Assembly: GCA_902616725.1 (NCBI GenBank)
Contig: CACMTZ010000002.1
Location: forward strand, 126,811 to 190,810
Reading direction: 5' to 3'
Length of the DNA stretch: 64,000 bases
Source: an uncultured Pelagibacteraceae bacterium
GTDB lineage: Bacteria; Pseudomonadota; Alphaproteobacteria; Pelagibacterales; Pelagibacteraceae
In this document: positions 21,011 to 30,866 of the stretch, piece after piece
Position numbering within the stretch: position 1 is the stretch's first letter
How the letters are laid out: every line of letters begins with the position of its first letter
Made by a program: the position numbers and the translations under genes
The notes under the pieces: model-generated
Seen by the model: only the letters and a program-made list of their open reading frames with translations
What the model was told of the DNA's origin: nothing
Database searches by the model: none

Positions 21011-21933
21011 AATTTTAAATCTTTTATATCATCCTCATTATTAATTGTATTTATTTTTACGTTCTTATCTATTCTTTTAATCAAGCCTGAAAGTACTTTG
21101 CCAGGCCCAATTTCTATAAAATGATTTACACCATTATTAATCATATTAATCACACTCTCCCTCCATCTAACTTTATTTTCTATTTGTTCGATAAGTAGTT
21201 TTTTTAATTCTTCTTTATTCGAAATCTCTTTTGCTGTAACGTTAGAAATCAATTTATTTTGAGAATCTTGAAAATTTAATTTTTCGATTTCATATTTCAT
21301 TATTTCTGTCGCATTCTTCATAAGTTTACAATGAAATGGAGCGCTAACTGGTAATTTAACATTCTTAATATTTCTTGATTTTAAAATTTGAATTAATTTT
21401 TCTAAATCTCTATTCCTACCACTTAAAACAATCTGACCTTTAGAATTATCATTAGCAATTTGGACCATAAATTCGCTTTTATTTTCATTCAATATAGACT
21501 GTACTATTTCAACCTCTGAACCTAAAACAGCTAACATACCTCCTTCTCCTTTGGGTATTGCATTCTGCATAGCGTCACCTCTAATTTTCAGAAGTTTAAT
21601 GGTATCTGAAAAATTAAGATAGTTTGCAGCTGATAAAGCAGAATATTCACCTAATGAGTGTCCAGCAAAATATTTTGCTTTATCAAAATCAATGTAAAAA
21701 ATTTTTTTCATAACTTGAAAAATTGAATAACTTATTAAAAAAATTGCTGGTTGAGTATTTGTTGTAAGATCTAATTGATCTTTGGGTCCCTCTAAAATTA
21801 TTTTTGATAAGCTTATACCTAAAGATTTATCAGCTTGATTAAATAAATCTTTTACTAAATCATATTTTTCATAAAACTCTTTTCCCATTCCGATTGTCTG
21901 TGAACCTTGGCCTGGAAATATTAAAGAAAACAT
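21007..21933 (-). CDS. fabD: ACP S-malonyltransferase
   Basis: 308 aa with FPGQGSQ and the active-site GHSLGEYSAL. Confidence 0.95.
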   Translation of the reverse strand: MFSLIFPGQGSQTIGMGKEFYEKYDLVKDLFNQADKSLGISLSKIILEGPKDQLDLTTNTQPAIFLISYSIFQVMKKIFYIDFDKAKYFAGHSLGEYSALSAANYLNFSDTIKLLKIRGDAMQNAIPKGEGGMLAVLGSEVEIVQSILNENKSEFMVQIANDNSKGQIVLSGRNRDLEKLIQILKSRNIKNVKLPVSAPFHCKLMKNATEIMKYEIEKLNFQDSQNKLISNVTAKEISNKEELKKLLIEQIENKVRWRESVINMINNGVNHFIEIGPGKVLSGLIKRIDKNVKINTINNEDDIKDLKL

Positions 21934-22018
21934 ATAAAAAACCTATTTTTTTGCTGTTTTTACTATTGTAATTAAAGATTTATAATAGTATATCCTCATT
22001 TTTTATTAAAGAACTTAA

Positions 22019-22372
22019 ATGAATTTATACGAACATACTATCATAGCTAGACAAGATACTTCTCCGAGTGAAATAAAACAATTAACTGAGAAATATTCCA
22101 ATATTGTTGAAAAAAATAATGGAGAGATAATTAAAACTGAAAACTGGGGATTGTTAAATCTCTCATATTTAATTAAAAAAAATAAAAAAGGAAGCTATAT
22201 TCACTTTAAAATAAAAGGAAGTGGCAAAGTTATAAGTGAACTTGAGAAAAATGAGGCAATAGACAAAAAATTATTAAGATATCTTACAGTAAAAGTAAAA
22301 AATTTTGATCTCGAAAAGAATTTTTTTTCAAAAAATGAGGAAAAAGAAAAAAGAGAAATTTCAAGTAATTAA
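22019..22372 (+). CDS. rpsF: 30S ribosomal protein S6
   Basis: 117 aa starting [13 protein letters not shown], with WGLLNLSY. It is part of the rpsF-rpsR-rplI operon. Confidence 0.95.
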   Translation: MNLYEHTIIARQDTSPSEIKQLTEKYSNIVEKNNGEIIKTENWGLLNLSYLIKKNKKGSYIHFKIKGSGKVISELEKNEAIDKKLLRYLTVKVKNFDLEKNFFSKNEEKEKREISSN

Positions 22373-22374
22373 CT

Positions 22375-22647
22375 ATGCCTAAAAGACAAAGCGGAAATAA
22401 AAAAGGTAAACAAAGCAATTTTGCTAGGCTGAGTATTTTCCAGCCTAATAAATATAAATTCAAAAAGAATTGCCCACTATCAGTTAAAGGTGCTCCTAAA
22501 ATTGATTATAAAAACATTAAATTATTAAAAAGATATGTATCGGAAAATGGTAAAATTCTTCCATCTAGAGTAACTAATGTTAGCCAAAAAAAGCAGAGAG
22601 AGTTATCTCTATCAATAAAAAGAGCAAGAAACTTGGCTTTATTATAA
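22375..22647 (+). CDS. rpsR: 30S ribosomal protein S18
   Basis: 90 aa with [24 protein letters not shown]. Confidence 0.95.
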   Translation: MPKRQSGNKKGKQSNFARLSIFQPNKYKFKKNCPLSVKGAPKIDYKNIKLLKRYVSENGKILPSRVTNVSQKKQRELSLSIKRARNLALL

Positions 22648-23106
22648 ATGAAAGTAATATTACTAGAAAATATTAAAAGAATAGGATCTATAGGTGAAAT
22701 TATAGATGTAAAAAGAGGTTTTGCTAGAAATTTTTTGATAGCAAATAAAAAAGCATTGTACGCTTCAAAAGAAAATATAAATCAAGTAGAAAAAATTAAA
22801 ACACAATTGTCAAAAAAAGATAATGAAAGAAAACAAGAGGCAAAAAAAATAGCAGAAAAAATAAATAAAAAAGATTATTTTGTGAAAAAACTTTCAACTG
22901 AAAATAAAGAGTTGTATGGTTCAGTTAAACCTACAGAGATTTCTAAATTAATTAAAGATAAGGAGACATTAGATATAACACCATCAATGATACAACCAAT
23001 TGAAGAAATCAAATCTCTTGGAAAATTTAAAGTGAAAATATCTTTACACTCTGAGATTGACGCAGAGATACATATTGTGGTTGAGTCAGCTGAGACTATT
23101 CAATAA
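22648..23106 (+). CDS. rplI: 50S ribosomal protein L9
   Basis: 152 aa starting MKVILLENI…G…IIDVKRGFARNFL. Confidence 0.95.
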   Translation: MKVILLENIKRIGSIGEIIDVKRGFARNFLIANKKALYASKENINQVEKIKTQLSKKDNERKQEAKKIAEKINKKDYFVKKLSTENKELYGSVKPTEISKLIKDKETLDITPSMIQPIEEIKSLGKFKVKISLHSEIDAEIHIVVESAETIQ

Positions 23107-23173
23107 TTATACAATTTTTTCCCCATTTAATGTTTTAAATTCATTTGTTGCATAAATTAACATACAATATGGT

Positions 23174-24592
23174 GTGGAAAATAATTTAACAATCGTCAAA
23201 GATCAATTTAAAGAGTTGCCAAATAATATTGAAGCTGAACAAGCGGTGATTGGTTCTATTCTTGTTTCAAATGAAATTTTTGATGAAATCAATATAATTA
23301 TAGCAAATAATAACTTTTATGATCCAATGCATCAAAAAATTTTTGGAGCAATTGAAAGTCTAATTTATAAAGGATTGTTAGCTAATCCTATTACTTTAAA
23401 AAACTATTTTGAAGATGAGAAAGATGAATTAAATGTACCGGAATATTTAGTAAAAATAACAAAATTTTCTACTTCTGTAAGACAAGCGATCGAATACTCA
23501 AAAATTATTTATGATATGTTTGTACGAAGAGAACTTATAAAAATTTCCGAACAAACTATTGATGATGCCAAGTTAGGTGATCTTAATACAAGTGGACAAC
23601 AAATAATAGAAAATTCAGAAAAAGAATTATTTAAATTAGCTGAGAAAGGATCTTTTAGCTCCTCTTTTATTAAATTTGATAAAGCACTAAAAGATACAAT
23701 TGATATGGCTTCAGCTGCTTATAAAAATGATGAGGGTATTGTTGGGGTTCCTACTGGATTAAGAGATTTAGATGACAGATTGGGGGGACTGCACAAGTCT
23801 GATTTAATTATAATTGCAGGAAGACCTGGTATGGGAAAGACAGCACTAGCTACTAACATAGCTTTTAATGCGGCTCAAAAATTACAAGAAAGTGGTAAGA
23901 AATCATCTATTGCTTTTTTTTCATTAGAAATGTCCTCTGAACAATTGTCTACCAGAATTTTAGCAGAACAATCTAGAATTAAATCAAATGATATAAGAAG
24001 AGGTAAAATCTCTGATGAACAATTTGATAAATTTATAGAGACCTCAAAAAATATATCTGAACTTCCACTTTATATTGACGAAACACCGGCAATAACAATT
24101 GCAGCAATGAGTAATAGAGCACGACGAATCAAAAGGACTCATGGTCTTGATATGATTATAGTCGATTACATTCAGTTGATGAGAGGAACTTTAAACTATA
24201 AAGATGGAAGAGTCCAAGAAGTATCAGAAATTACTCAAGGCTTAAAAGCAATAGCTAAAGAATTATCAATACCTGTAGTTGCTCTCTCACAATTGTCACG
24301 ACAAGTTGAACAGAGAGACAATAAAAAACCACAATTATCTGATTTGAGAGAATCAGGTTCAATCGAACAAGATGCTGATGTGGTGATGTTCGTATATAGA
24401 GAGTCATATTATTTAGAAAATAAAGAACCAAAACCAGCGACTGTGGAGCATGCTGAATGGCAAGCGAAGATGAATGAAGTATCTAATCTGGCAGAATTAA
24501 TTATTGGTAAACAAAGACATGGTCCAACTGGAAATGTATTCCTAGAGTTTGAGGCAATGTTTACTAAATTTAAGGATACTCAAATTAACTAA
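23174..24592 (+). CDS. dnaB: replicative DNA helicase DnaB
   Basis: 472 aa with a GTG start, N-terminal PNNIEAEQAVIGSIL, Walker A GRPGMGKTALA, IIVDYIQLM, and SQLSRQVEQR. No intein is present. Confidence 0.96.
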   Translation: MENNLTIVKDQFKELPNNIEAEQAVIGSILVSNEIFDEINIIIANNNFYDPMHQKIFGAIESLIYKGLLANPITLKNYFEDEKDELNVPEYLVKITKFSTSVRQAIEYSKIIYDMFVRRELIKISEQTIDDAKLGDLNTSGQQIIENSEKELFKLAEKGSFSSSFIKFDKALKDTIDMASAAYKNDEGIVGVPTGLRDLDDRLGGLHKSDLIIIAGRPGMGKTALATNIAFNAAQKLQESGKKSSIAFFSLEMSSEQLSTRILAEQSRIKSNDIRRGKISDEQFDKFIETSKNISELPLYIDETPAITIAAMSNRARRIKRTHGLDMIIVDYIQLMRGTLNYKDGRVQEVSEITQGLKAIAKELSIPVVALSQLSRQVEQRDNKKPQLSDLRESGSIEQDADVVMFVYRESYYLENKEPKPATVEHAEWQAKMNEVSNLAELIIGKQRHGPTGNVFLEFEAMFTKFKDTQIN

Positions 24593-24613
24593 ATTCCAAT
24601 ATAAAAGGGTAAG

Positions 24614-27001
24614 ATGATTACCCAATTTTATCAAAATATAATTTTAAAAAATCCAAAATCGATATTGATATTTTTAGTTATAGCCTTATTTACTTTTGGC
24701 TATTATTCTAAAGATTTTAGATTAGACGCATCATCAGAGACATTACTAATTGAGGGAGATCCAGACCTTGAATATCTAGAAGAAATTACAAATAGGTACG
24801 GGTCAAAGGAATTTTTAATACTAACTTACACCCCTAACGAAGGAATGATCTCTGATGTTTCTATAAATAACCTTCTCAGTTTAAAATATAAAATTCAAAG
24901 TTTAAACTGGGTTCATAGTGTTATTACACTTTTAGATATTCCCCTGTTAAATAATTCGGATGCACCTTTGCAAGAAAGATTAGAAAATTTTAAGACTTTA
25001 AAAGATGATGATATCGATAAAGAAAGAGGATTTAATGAGATTTTAAGTAGTCCCGTATTTAGAAATTTTGTCATTAGCGAGGATGGAAAAACCTCAGGAA
25101 TAATAGTTAATATCAAAGATAAAAAACCAATAGAAAATATTTCTAATAAAACAAAAGAGGAGATTGAAGCTCATAAAGATTTAATAAAAAAACAAAACCA
25201 TCAAAATATTCTTGAAATTAGAGATGTCATTAAAAGCTACAACAATATTGGAAAAATAAATTTAGGTGGAATTCCTATGATTGCCGACGATATGATGACA
25301 TTTATTAAAAGTGATATAATAGTTTTTGGATTGGGTGTTTTACTATTTATTATCGCAACATTATGGTTTGTATTTAGAAAACTAATTTGGATTGTTGTCC
25401 CGATAAGTAGTTGTTTTTTTTCAGTAATAATCATGACTGGCTTACTTGGGTTATTAGGGTGGAAAGTTACAGTTATTTCCTCAAACTTCATTGCATTAAT
25501 GTTAATTTTAACAATGGCAATGAATATTCACATGAGTACCAGATTTTTGCAAATTAAAGAAATTCATCCAAACAAAAAAGTTATAGAGCTGATTACTTTA
25601 ACAACTAATAAAATGTTTTGGCCAATTTTATATACTGCTTTAACAACTATTATTGCCTTTTTGTCCTTAATCTTCAGTGAAATAAAACCAATTATTGATT
25701 TTGGATGGATGATGACACTAGGTTTAATTACGTCATTTATTATTACATTTACACTACTTCCATCTCTTATAAATTTTATGCCAAAAGATAAGATCTTTTT
25801 AAAAAAACAAAAAGAATCAAAAATTACCTCTTTCTTAGCTCAAGTTTCTTTAAATAATCATAAAACTATTTTTACTTTTACTACTATGGTAATCGTTCTA
25901 AGTTTAATTGGTATAAGCAAACTGGAAGTAGAAAATAGTTTCATAAATTATTTCAGTAAAAAAACTGAAATTTATAAAGGGATGAAACTTATAGACGAAA
26001 AATTAGGTGGAACAACTCCGCTTGAAGTAATTTTGAAGTTTCCAAAGAAAGAAGTTAAGAAAGTAGATGATGAGGATGATTTTGAGGATTGGGGGGATGA
26101 AGAAAATGAAAATGATGATAAATATTGGTTTACTAAAGATAAAATAGACAAAATTTCCTCAGTTCATAACTATCTAGATGATTTGCCTCAAGTTGGAAAA
26201 GTTTTATCCTTTTCATCAATAATAGATGTAGCAACAATGCTCAATAACAATAAGCCTTTAGGTACATTAGAAATGGGTGTCCTTTATTCTAAAATACCTG
26301 AAAGTATTAAGACTGAAATAATTGATCCATATATCTCCATAAAAGACAATGAAGCAAGAATTAATCTAAGGATCATAGACTCCCAAGAAAATTTAAGAAG
26401 AAATGATCTTATAAAAAAAATTAATCATGACCTGAAAAATGAATTGGGTTTAAAAGAAAGTGAATTCAAACTAGGTGGTGTTTTAATTTTATTTAATAAC
26501 TTGCTCCAAAGTCTTTTTAAATCTCAAATACTAACTTTGGGTCTAGTGATGATAGGAATATTTGGAATGTTTGTAATCTTATTCAAAAATGTAAAACTTT
26601 CTTTAATTGGTGTAGTACCAAATTTTATAGCAGCTTTTTTTATATTAGGAATAATAGGTTTACTTGGTATTCCATTGGATATGATGACGATTACAATAGC
26701 CGCAATTACAATTGGAATAGCTGTTGATAATAGTATTCACTATATATATAGATTTAAAGAGGAATTTAATATCTCAAAGGATTATGATAAAACTCTTATG
26801 TTGTGCCACTCCACAGTTGGTAAAGCAATTTTAAATACATCTATAACAATCGTTTTTGGGTTTTCAATATTGGTTTTGTCAAAGTTTATTCCAACGATCT
26901 ATTTTGGTGTTTTTACTGGATTAGCAATGTTGTTGGCTATGGTCTCAGTTTTAACATTGCTTCCCTCTTTAATAATATTGATCAAACCCTTTAATAAATA
27001 A
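24614..27001 (+). CDS. RND-superfamily (MMPL/HpnN-like) exporter
   Basis: 795 aa with two blocks of about six TM helices separated by soluble loops, one of them acidic (DDEDDFEDWGDEENEND). No adjacent membrane-fusion or outer-membrane partner gene. Confidence 0.75.
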   Translation: MITQFYQNIILKNPKSILIFLVIALFTFGYYSKDFRLDASSETLLIEGDPDLEYLEEITNRYGSKEFLILTYTPNEGMISDVSINNLLSLKYKIQSLNWVHSVITLLDIPLLNNSDAPLQERLENFKTLKDDDIDKERGFNEILSSPVFRNFVISEDGKTSGIIVNIKDKKPIENISNKTKEEIEAHKDLIKKQNHQNILEIRDVIKSYNNIGKINLGGIPMIADDMMTFIKSDIIVFGLGVLLFIIATLWFVFRKLIWIVVPISSCFFSVIIMTGLLGLLGWKVTVISSNFIALMLILTMAMNIHMSTRFLQIKEIHPNKKVIELITLTTNKMFWPILYTALTTIIAFLSLIFSEIKPIIDFGWMMTLGLITSFIITFTLLPSLINFMPKDKIFLKKQKESKITSFLAQVSLNNHKTIFTFTTMVIVLSLIGISKLEVENSFINYFSKKTEIYKGMKLIDEKLGGTTPLEVILKFPKKEVKKVDDEDDFEDWGDEENENDDKYWFTKDKIDKISSVHNYLDDLPQVGKVLSFSSIIDVATMLNNNKPLGTLEMGVLYSKIPESIKTEIIDPYISIKDNEARINLRIIDSQENLRRNDLIKKINHDLKNELGLKESEFKLGGVLILFNNLLQSLFKSQILTLGLVMIGIFGMFVILFKNVKLSLIGVVPNFIAAFFILGIIGLLGIPLDMMTITIAAITIGIAVDNSIHYIYRFKEEFNISKDYDKTLMLCHSTVGKAILNTSITIVFGFSILVLSKFIPTIYFGVFTGLAMLLAMVSVLTLLPSLIILIKPFNK

Positions 27002-27005
27002 CTTG

Positions 27006-27551
27006 ATGCAAGATTTTGTTGTAGATTTTTATAAAACTACAAATGTTTTAGATATTGTGTATTTAGTAATTACAATTTTTACATTAATTGGATGTTACAA
27101 AAGAGGTTTTGTTTTAAGTATTCTGTCAATGGCTAAATGGTTTCTAGCCTACATAATTACATTGATAATATTCCCCAGAGCAAAACCTTATTTGAAGGGC
27201 ATAATTGATAACGAATATGTTCTAGATGTAGTTTTAGGTGTTACAATATTTGTAATTGTTATATTTTTAATTTTAATGATTAACAAAGGTATACGAAAAG
27301 CTGTCCGTTTCACTGGCCTTGGAAGTATAGATACAATGTTTGGATTCTTTTTTGGATTTATCAAAGCTTATATTATATCTGTATGTATCTTCTCAGGTAT
27401 ACACATTGTATATAATCACGATAAATGGCCAGTAAATTTAAGTAAATCATTAATCTTTCCATATTTAGAAAAAGGTAGTAATTATTTATTAGAAAAATTT
27501 CCTGATGAAAAAACATATCAAAAATCTAAAGAGAAAATTAAAAATATTTGA
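27006..27551 (+). CDS. cvpA: CvpA-family membrane protein
   Basis: About 181-aa four-TM protein immediately upstream of purF, the conserved cvpA-purF pair. Confidence 0.8.
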   Translation: MQDFVVDFYKTTNVLDIVYLVITIFTLIGCYKRGFVLSILSMAKWFLAYIITLIIFPRAKPYLKGIIDNEYVLDVVLGVTIFVIVIFLILMINKGIRKAVRFTGLGSIDTMFGFFFGFIKAYIISVCIFSGIHIVYNHDKWPVNLSKSLIFPYLEKGSNYLLEKFPDEKTYQKSKEKIKNI

Positions 27552-28986
27552 TCCTAAGCTCAAAGAAGAATGTGGTATATTTGGAATAAGTAATACCAAA
27601 GATGCTTCTGCGCTAACTGCCTTAGGACTTCATGCTCTACAACATAGAGGTCAAGAAGGATGTGGAATAGTTACCTTTGATGGTAAACAATATTTTTCTG
27701 AAAAAAGATTTGGTTTGGTGGGTGATAATTTTAATAAAGAAAAAATATTAAAAAAACTTCAGGGAGATTACGCTATTGGACATAATAGATATAGCACAAC
27801 AGGTGAAAATACTCTTAGGAATATTCAGCCTTTCTTCGCTGATACTAATGCTGGAGGGATCGGAGTAGCTCATAATGGAAATTTAACTAATTCTATTTCT
27901 TTAAGAAAAAAATTAGTTGATGAAGGTGCAATTTTCTACACAACGTCAGATACAGAAACAATAGTTCAATTAATTGCTAAGTCAAAACGGGCAAAAACAA
28001 TAGATAAAATTGTTGATGCAATTTTTCAAATACAAGGTGGATATGCTTTAGTGATGTTAACTCAAACTTCATTAGTAGGTGTTAGAGATCCTTTTGGTAT
28101 CAGGCCTTTGGTAATTGGAAAATTAAAAAATAGCTATGTCCTAGCATCTGAAACATGTGCTTTAGATATAATTGGTGCAAAATTCATAAGAGAAGTTGAA
28201 AATGGTGAGATAGTTTTAATTGAAAATAATGAATTAAAAAGTATTAAACCCTTTCCACCAAGAAAGGTTAGGCCTTGTGTTTTTGAATATATTTATTTTG
28301 CAAGACCAGATAGTATGCTTGACGGAAAAACTGCGTACGAACATAGAAAAAATCTTGGTTCAGAACTTGCAAAAGAAAATGATATAGATGCTGATATTGT
28401 TGTACCAGTGCCAGATTCTGGAAATGCAGCTGCTTTAGGTTTTGCACAATCATTAAATGTAAAATTTGAGCTTGGTTTAGTCAGAAATCATTATGTCGGA
28501 AGAACTTTCATTGAACCGAGTCAAAAAATCAGAAGTTTGGGTGTTAAATTAAAATTAAATGCAAATCAGTCAACTATTCAAGGCAAAAAAATAATTTTAG
28601 TAGATGACTCACTTGTAAGAGGTACCACATCCCATAAAATCGTTAAAATGCTATATGATGCTGGTGCAAAAGAAGTTCATGTTAGAATTGCCTGTCCAGA
28701 AATAAAATTTCCTGATTTTTATGGAGTTGACACACCAACTAAAAAAGAATTGCTTGCAGCAAATAAAAGTAACTCCGAAATCTGTGATTATATTGGTGCA
28801 AAATCATTAAAGTTTTTGTCAGTAAATGGGATGTATCGGGCAATTGGTTTTGATAAAAGAAATGAAACTTATCCTGAATTGACTGATCATTATTTTACTG
28901 GAGATTATCCTGTCAAACCTATCGATGAACTTGGTGATAGCAAAATCACACAATTATCATTGTTAAATACTGCATCAAATAATTAA
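27505..28986 (+). CDS. purF: amidophosphoribosyltransferase
   Basis: CGIFGI Ntn-nucleophile motif, RPCVFEYIYFARPDS, and the PRPP loop LVDDSLVRGTT. The only in-frame ATG leaves 22 residues before the catalytic Cys and overlaps cvpA by 47 nt. Confidence 0.93.
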   Translation: MKKHIKNLKRKLKIFDPKLKEECGIFGISNTKDASALTALGLHALQHRGQEGCGIVTFDGKQYFSEKRFGLVGDNFNKEKILKKLQGDYAIGHNRYSTTGENTLRNIQPFFADTNAGGIGVAHNGNLTNSISLRKKLVDEGAIFYTTSDTETIVQLIAKSKRAKTIDKIVDAIFQIQGGYALVMLTQTSLVGVRDPFGIRPLVIGKLKNSYVLASETCALDIIGAKFIREVENGEIVLIENNELKSIKPFPPRKVRPCVFEYIYFARPDSMLDGKTAYEHRKNLGSELAKENDIDADIVVPVPDSGNAAALGFAQSLNVKFELGLVRNHYVGRTFIEPSQKIRSLGVKLKLNANQSTIQGKKIILVDDSLVRGTTSHKIVKMLYDAGAKEVHVRIACPEIKFPDFYGVDTPTKKELLAANKSNSEICDYIGAKSLKFLSVNGMYRAIGFDKRNETYPELTDHYFTGDYPVKPIDELGDSKITQLSLLNTASNN

Positions 28987-29553
28987 ATGAAAAAAGTAAG
29001 TTTTACTGAAATGAAAAATGGTACTAAAGAGGATTATCTTTTTTTAGATAAACATGAAAAAGATTTTGCCAGTAAAACTGCTGATAGAATTTTAAAATTT
29101 ATGTCTGGACTAACAGAAACTTTAGAAGGTTATCAGGTATCTAGGCTTGAGCACTCACTTCAAAGTGCAACAAGAGCTTATAGAAATAATGAAAGTGAGG
29201 AGATGGTTGTAGCATGTTTGTTGCACGATATCGGTGATGAATTGGCTCCTATGAATCATTCTGAGTATGCTGCCTCAATTTTAAAACCATATGTATCAGA
29301 AAAAACTCATTGGATAGTTGAAAAGCATGGAGAATTTCAAATGTATTATTATGCACATCATTTAGGTGGTGATAAGAACAGAAGAGATAAATATAAAGAT
29401 CATAAATATTATCAAGATACAATAGATTTTTGCGAAAAATATGATCAAAATTCTTTTGATCCTAAATATAAGTCTTACTCATTGGAATTTTTCAAACCAA
29501 TTGTAAAGAAAATTTTTTCTAGAAAACCATATTCTTCTCTAACGAAAAATTAA
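28987..29553 (+). CDS. HD-domain metal-dependent protein (COG4341 / PhnZ-like family candidate)
   Basis: 188 aa with SRLEHSLQSA…EEMVVACLLHDIGD…HSEY…VEKHGEFQ…YDQNSFDP. The spacing of His/Asp ligands resembles the PhnZ-type HD proteins I remember. Confidence 0.6.
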   Translation: MKKVSFTEMKNGTKEDYLFLDKHEKDFASKTADRILKFMSGLTETLEGYQVSRLEHSLQSATRAYRNNESEEMVVACLLHDIGDELAPMNHSEYAASILKPYVSEKTHWIVEKHGEFQMYYYAHHLGGDKNRRDKYKDHKYYQDTIDFCEKYDQNSFDPKYKSYSLEFFKPIVKKIFSRKPYSSLTKN

Positions 29554-29570
29554 AAACAAAACTAATACTA

Positions 29571-30866
29571 ATGATCACAAAAAAAGAGCAAATAATTGAA
29601 TATTTCAAGTCTGGTATTAAAAATAAGAAAGAATTTAAAATTGGTATCGAACATGAGAAATTTCTATTTGATAGTCAAAATAATAAAAGAATTGATTATC
29701 AAAAAATAAAGGAAATGTTCTCAGCTCTACTTGAGTTTGGATGGAATCCTGTATTAGAAAACGATAATATTATTGCTTTAAATAAGGGCGGTAAAAATAT
29801 TACTCTTGAGCCAGGTAATCAAATTGAATTATCTGGTGATAAACTTACTAATATTCATGAAGCATGTGCAGAGTCTTATGATTATTTATTTGAATTAAAA
29901 CAGGTCACAAAAAAACTTAATATTAAAATTGTAAGTGCAGGTTTCGATCCAATATCAAAATTAGATGAGATCCCCAATAACCCTAAAAAAAGATACAAGT
30001 TAATGACAAATGATATGCCTTTAGGGGGAGAATTAAGTCTTGATATGATGTATCGAACCTGTGGAACACAGTTAAACTTAGATTACTGTTCAGAAGAAGA
30101 TTTTAAAAAAAAATTTAAAATAGTTAATTCTCTGGTGCCTATTTCAATTGCTTTATTTGCTAATTCATCAATAGTTGAGAAGAAAAAAAGTAATTATTTA
30201 TCGTACCGATCGAAAGTATGGCAAAATACTTCTCGAGGTGGTTTGCCTAAATTGTTCCTAGAAAACTTTGATTTTGAAAAATATGCGGATTTTGTGATTA
30301 ATTTTCCAGTTCTGTTTATACAACAAAAAGAAAATTATTTTTCAGGTAAAGGATACAATTTTAGTGATTTTATGTCAGGAAATATTAAAGAAATAAATAA
30401 TCGTCTGCCTGATGAGAATGATTTATCAACTCATTTAAGTACAATTTTTACCGAGAATAGACTTAAAAAATATATTGAATTAAGATCGATGGATACTTGT
30501 GGTTGGGATTGTCTATGTGCGGGCCCAGCATTTAATGTTGGAATGTTATATGGAAATTTAGATGAAGTTTATGAATTAATTTCTAGTTGGGATAAAGATA
30601 AAATTATAAATGCATATTTAGAAGCGCCACAAAAAGGTTTTAATACCCAACTTATGGGTAAAGACCTACTATATTGGTCTTCAGTGTTATTAGATTTATC
30701 TAAAAAGGGATTAGAAAAGAGAGATATAGTCAATAAAAGTGGAAAAAATGAGACCCTATTTTTAAATCATCTACAAAAAGTGATTGATAATAAAACTACA
30801 AATGCACATCATATGATTATTAAATTTTCTAAAGATGAAGATTTAACTGAATTATATGACAAATAA
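29571..30866 (+). CDS. gshA: glutamate--cysteine ligase (plant/alphaproteobacterial GCS2 type)
   Basis: 431 aa with IGIEHEKF, LEPGNQIELSG and the IELRSMD pattern. It is followed by gshB with an 11-nt overlap. Confidence 0.85.
   Translation: MITKKEQIIEYFKSGIKNKKEFKIGIEHEKFLFDSQNNKRIDYQKIKEMFSALLEFGWNPVLENDNIIALNKGGKNITLEPGNQIELSGDKLTNIHEACAESYDYLFELKQVTKKLNIKIVSAGFDPISKLDEIPNNPKKRYKLMTNDMPLGGELSLDMMYRTCGTQLNLDYCSEEDFKKKFKIVNSLVPISIALFANSSIVEKKKSNYLSYRSKVWQNTSRGGLPKLFLENFDFEKYADFVINFPVLFIQQKENYFSGKGYNFSDFMSGNIKEINNRLPDENDLSTHLSTIFTENRLKKYIELRSMDTCGWDCLCAGPAFNVGMLYGNLDEVYELISSWDKDKIINAYLEAPQKGFNTQLMGKDLLYWSSVLLDLSKKGLEKRDIVNKSGKNETLFLNHLQKVIDNKTTNAHHMIIKFSKDEDLTELYDK

Noticed and set aside
21934-22018. 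Promoter or S6:S18-binding leader call upstream of rpsF
   Set aside because: Several TTGxxx/TATAAT-like hexamers occur by chance in this AT-rich spacer, with non-canonical spacing. No convincing structure or unique -35/-10 pair could be chosen.
24614-27001. RND exporter as part of a tripartite efflux or defence system
   Set aside because: No membrane-fusion or outer-membrane factor gene is adjacent. The architecture fits a standalone MMPL/HpnN-like lipid exporter flanked by dnaB and cvpA-purF.
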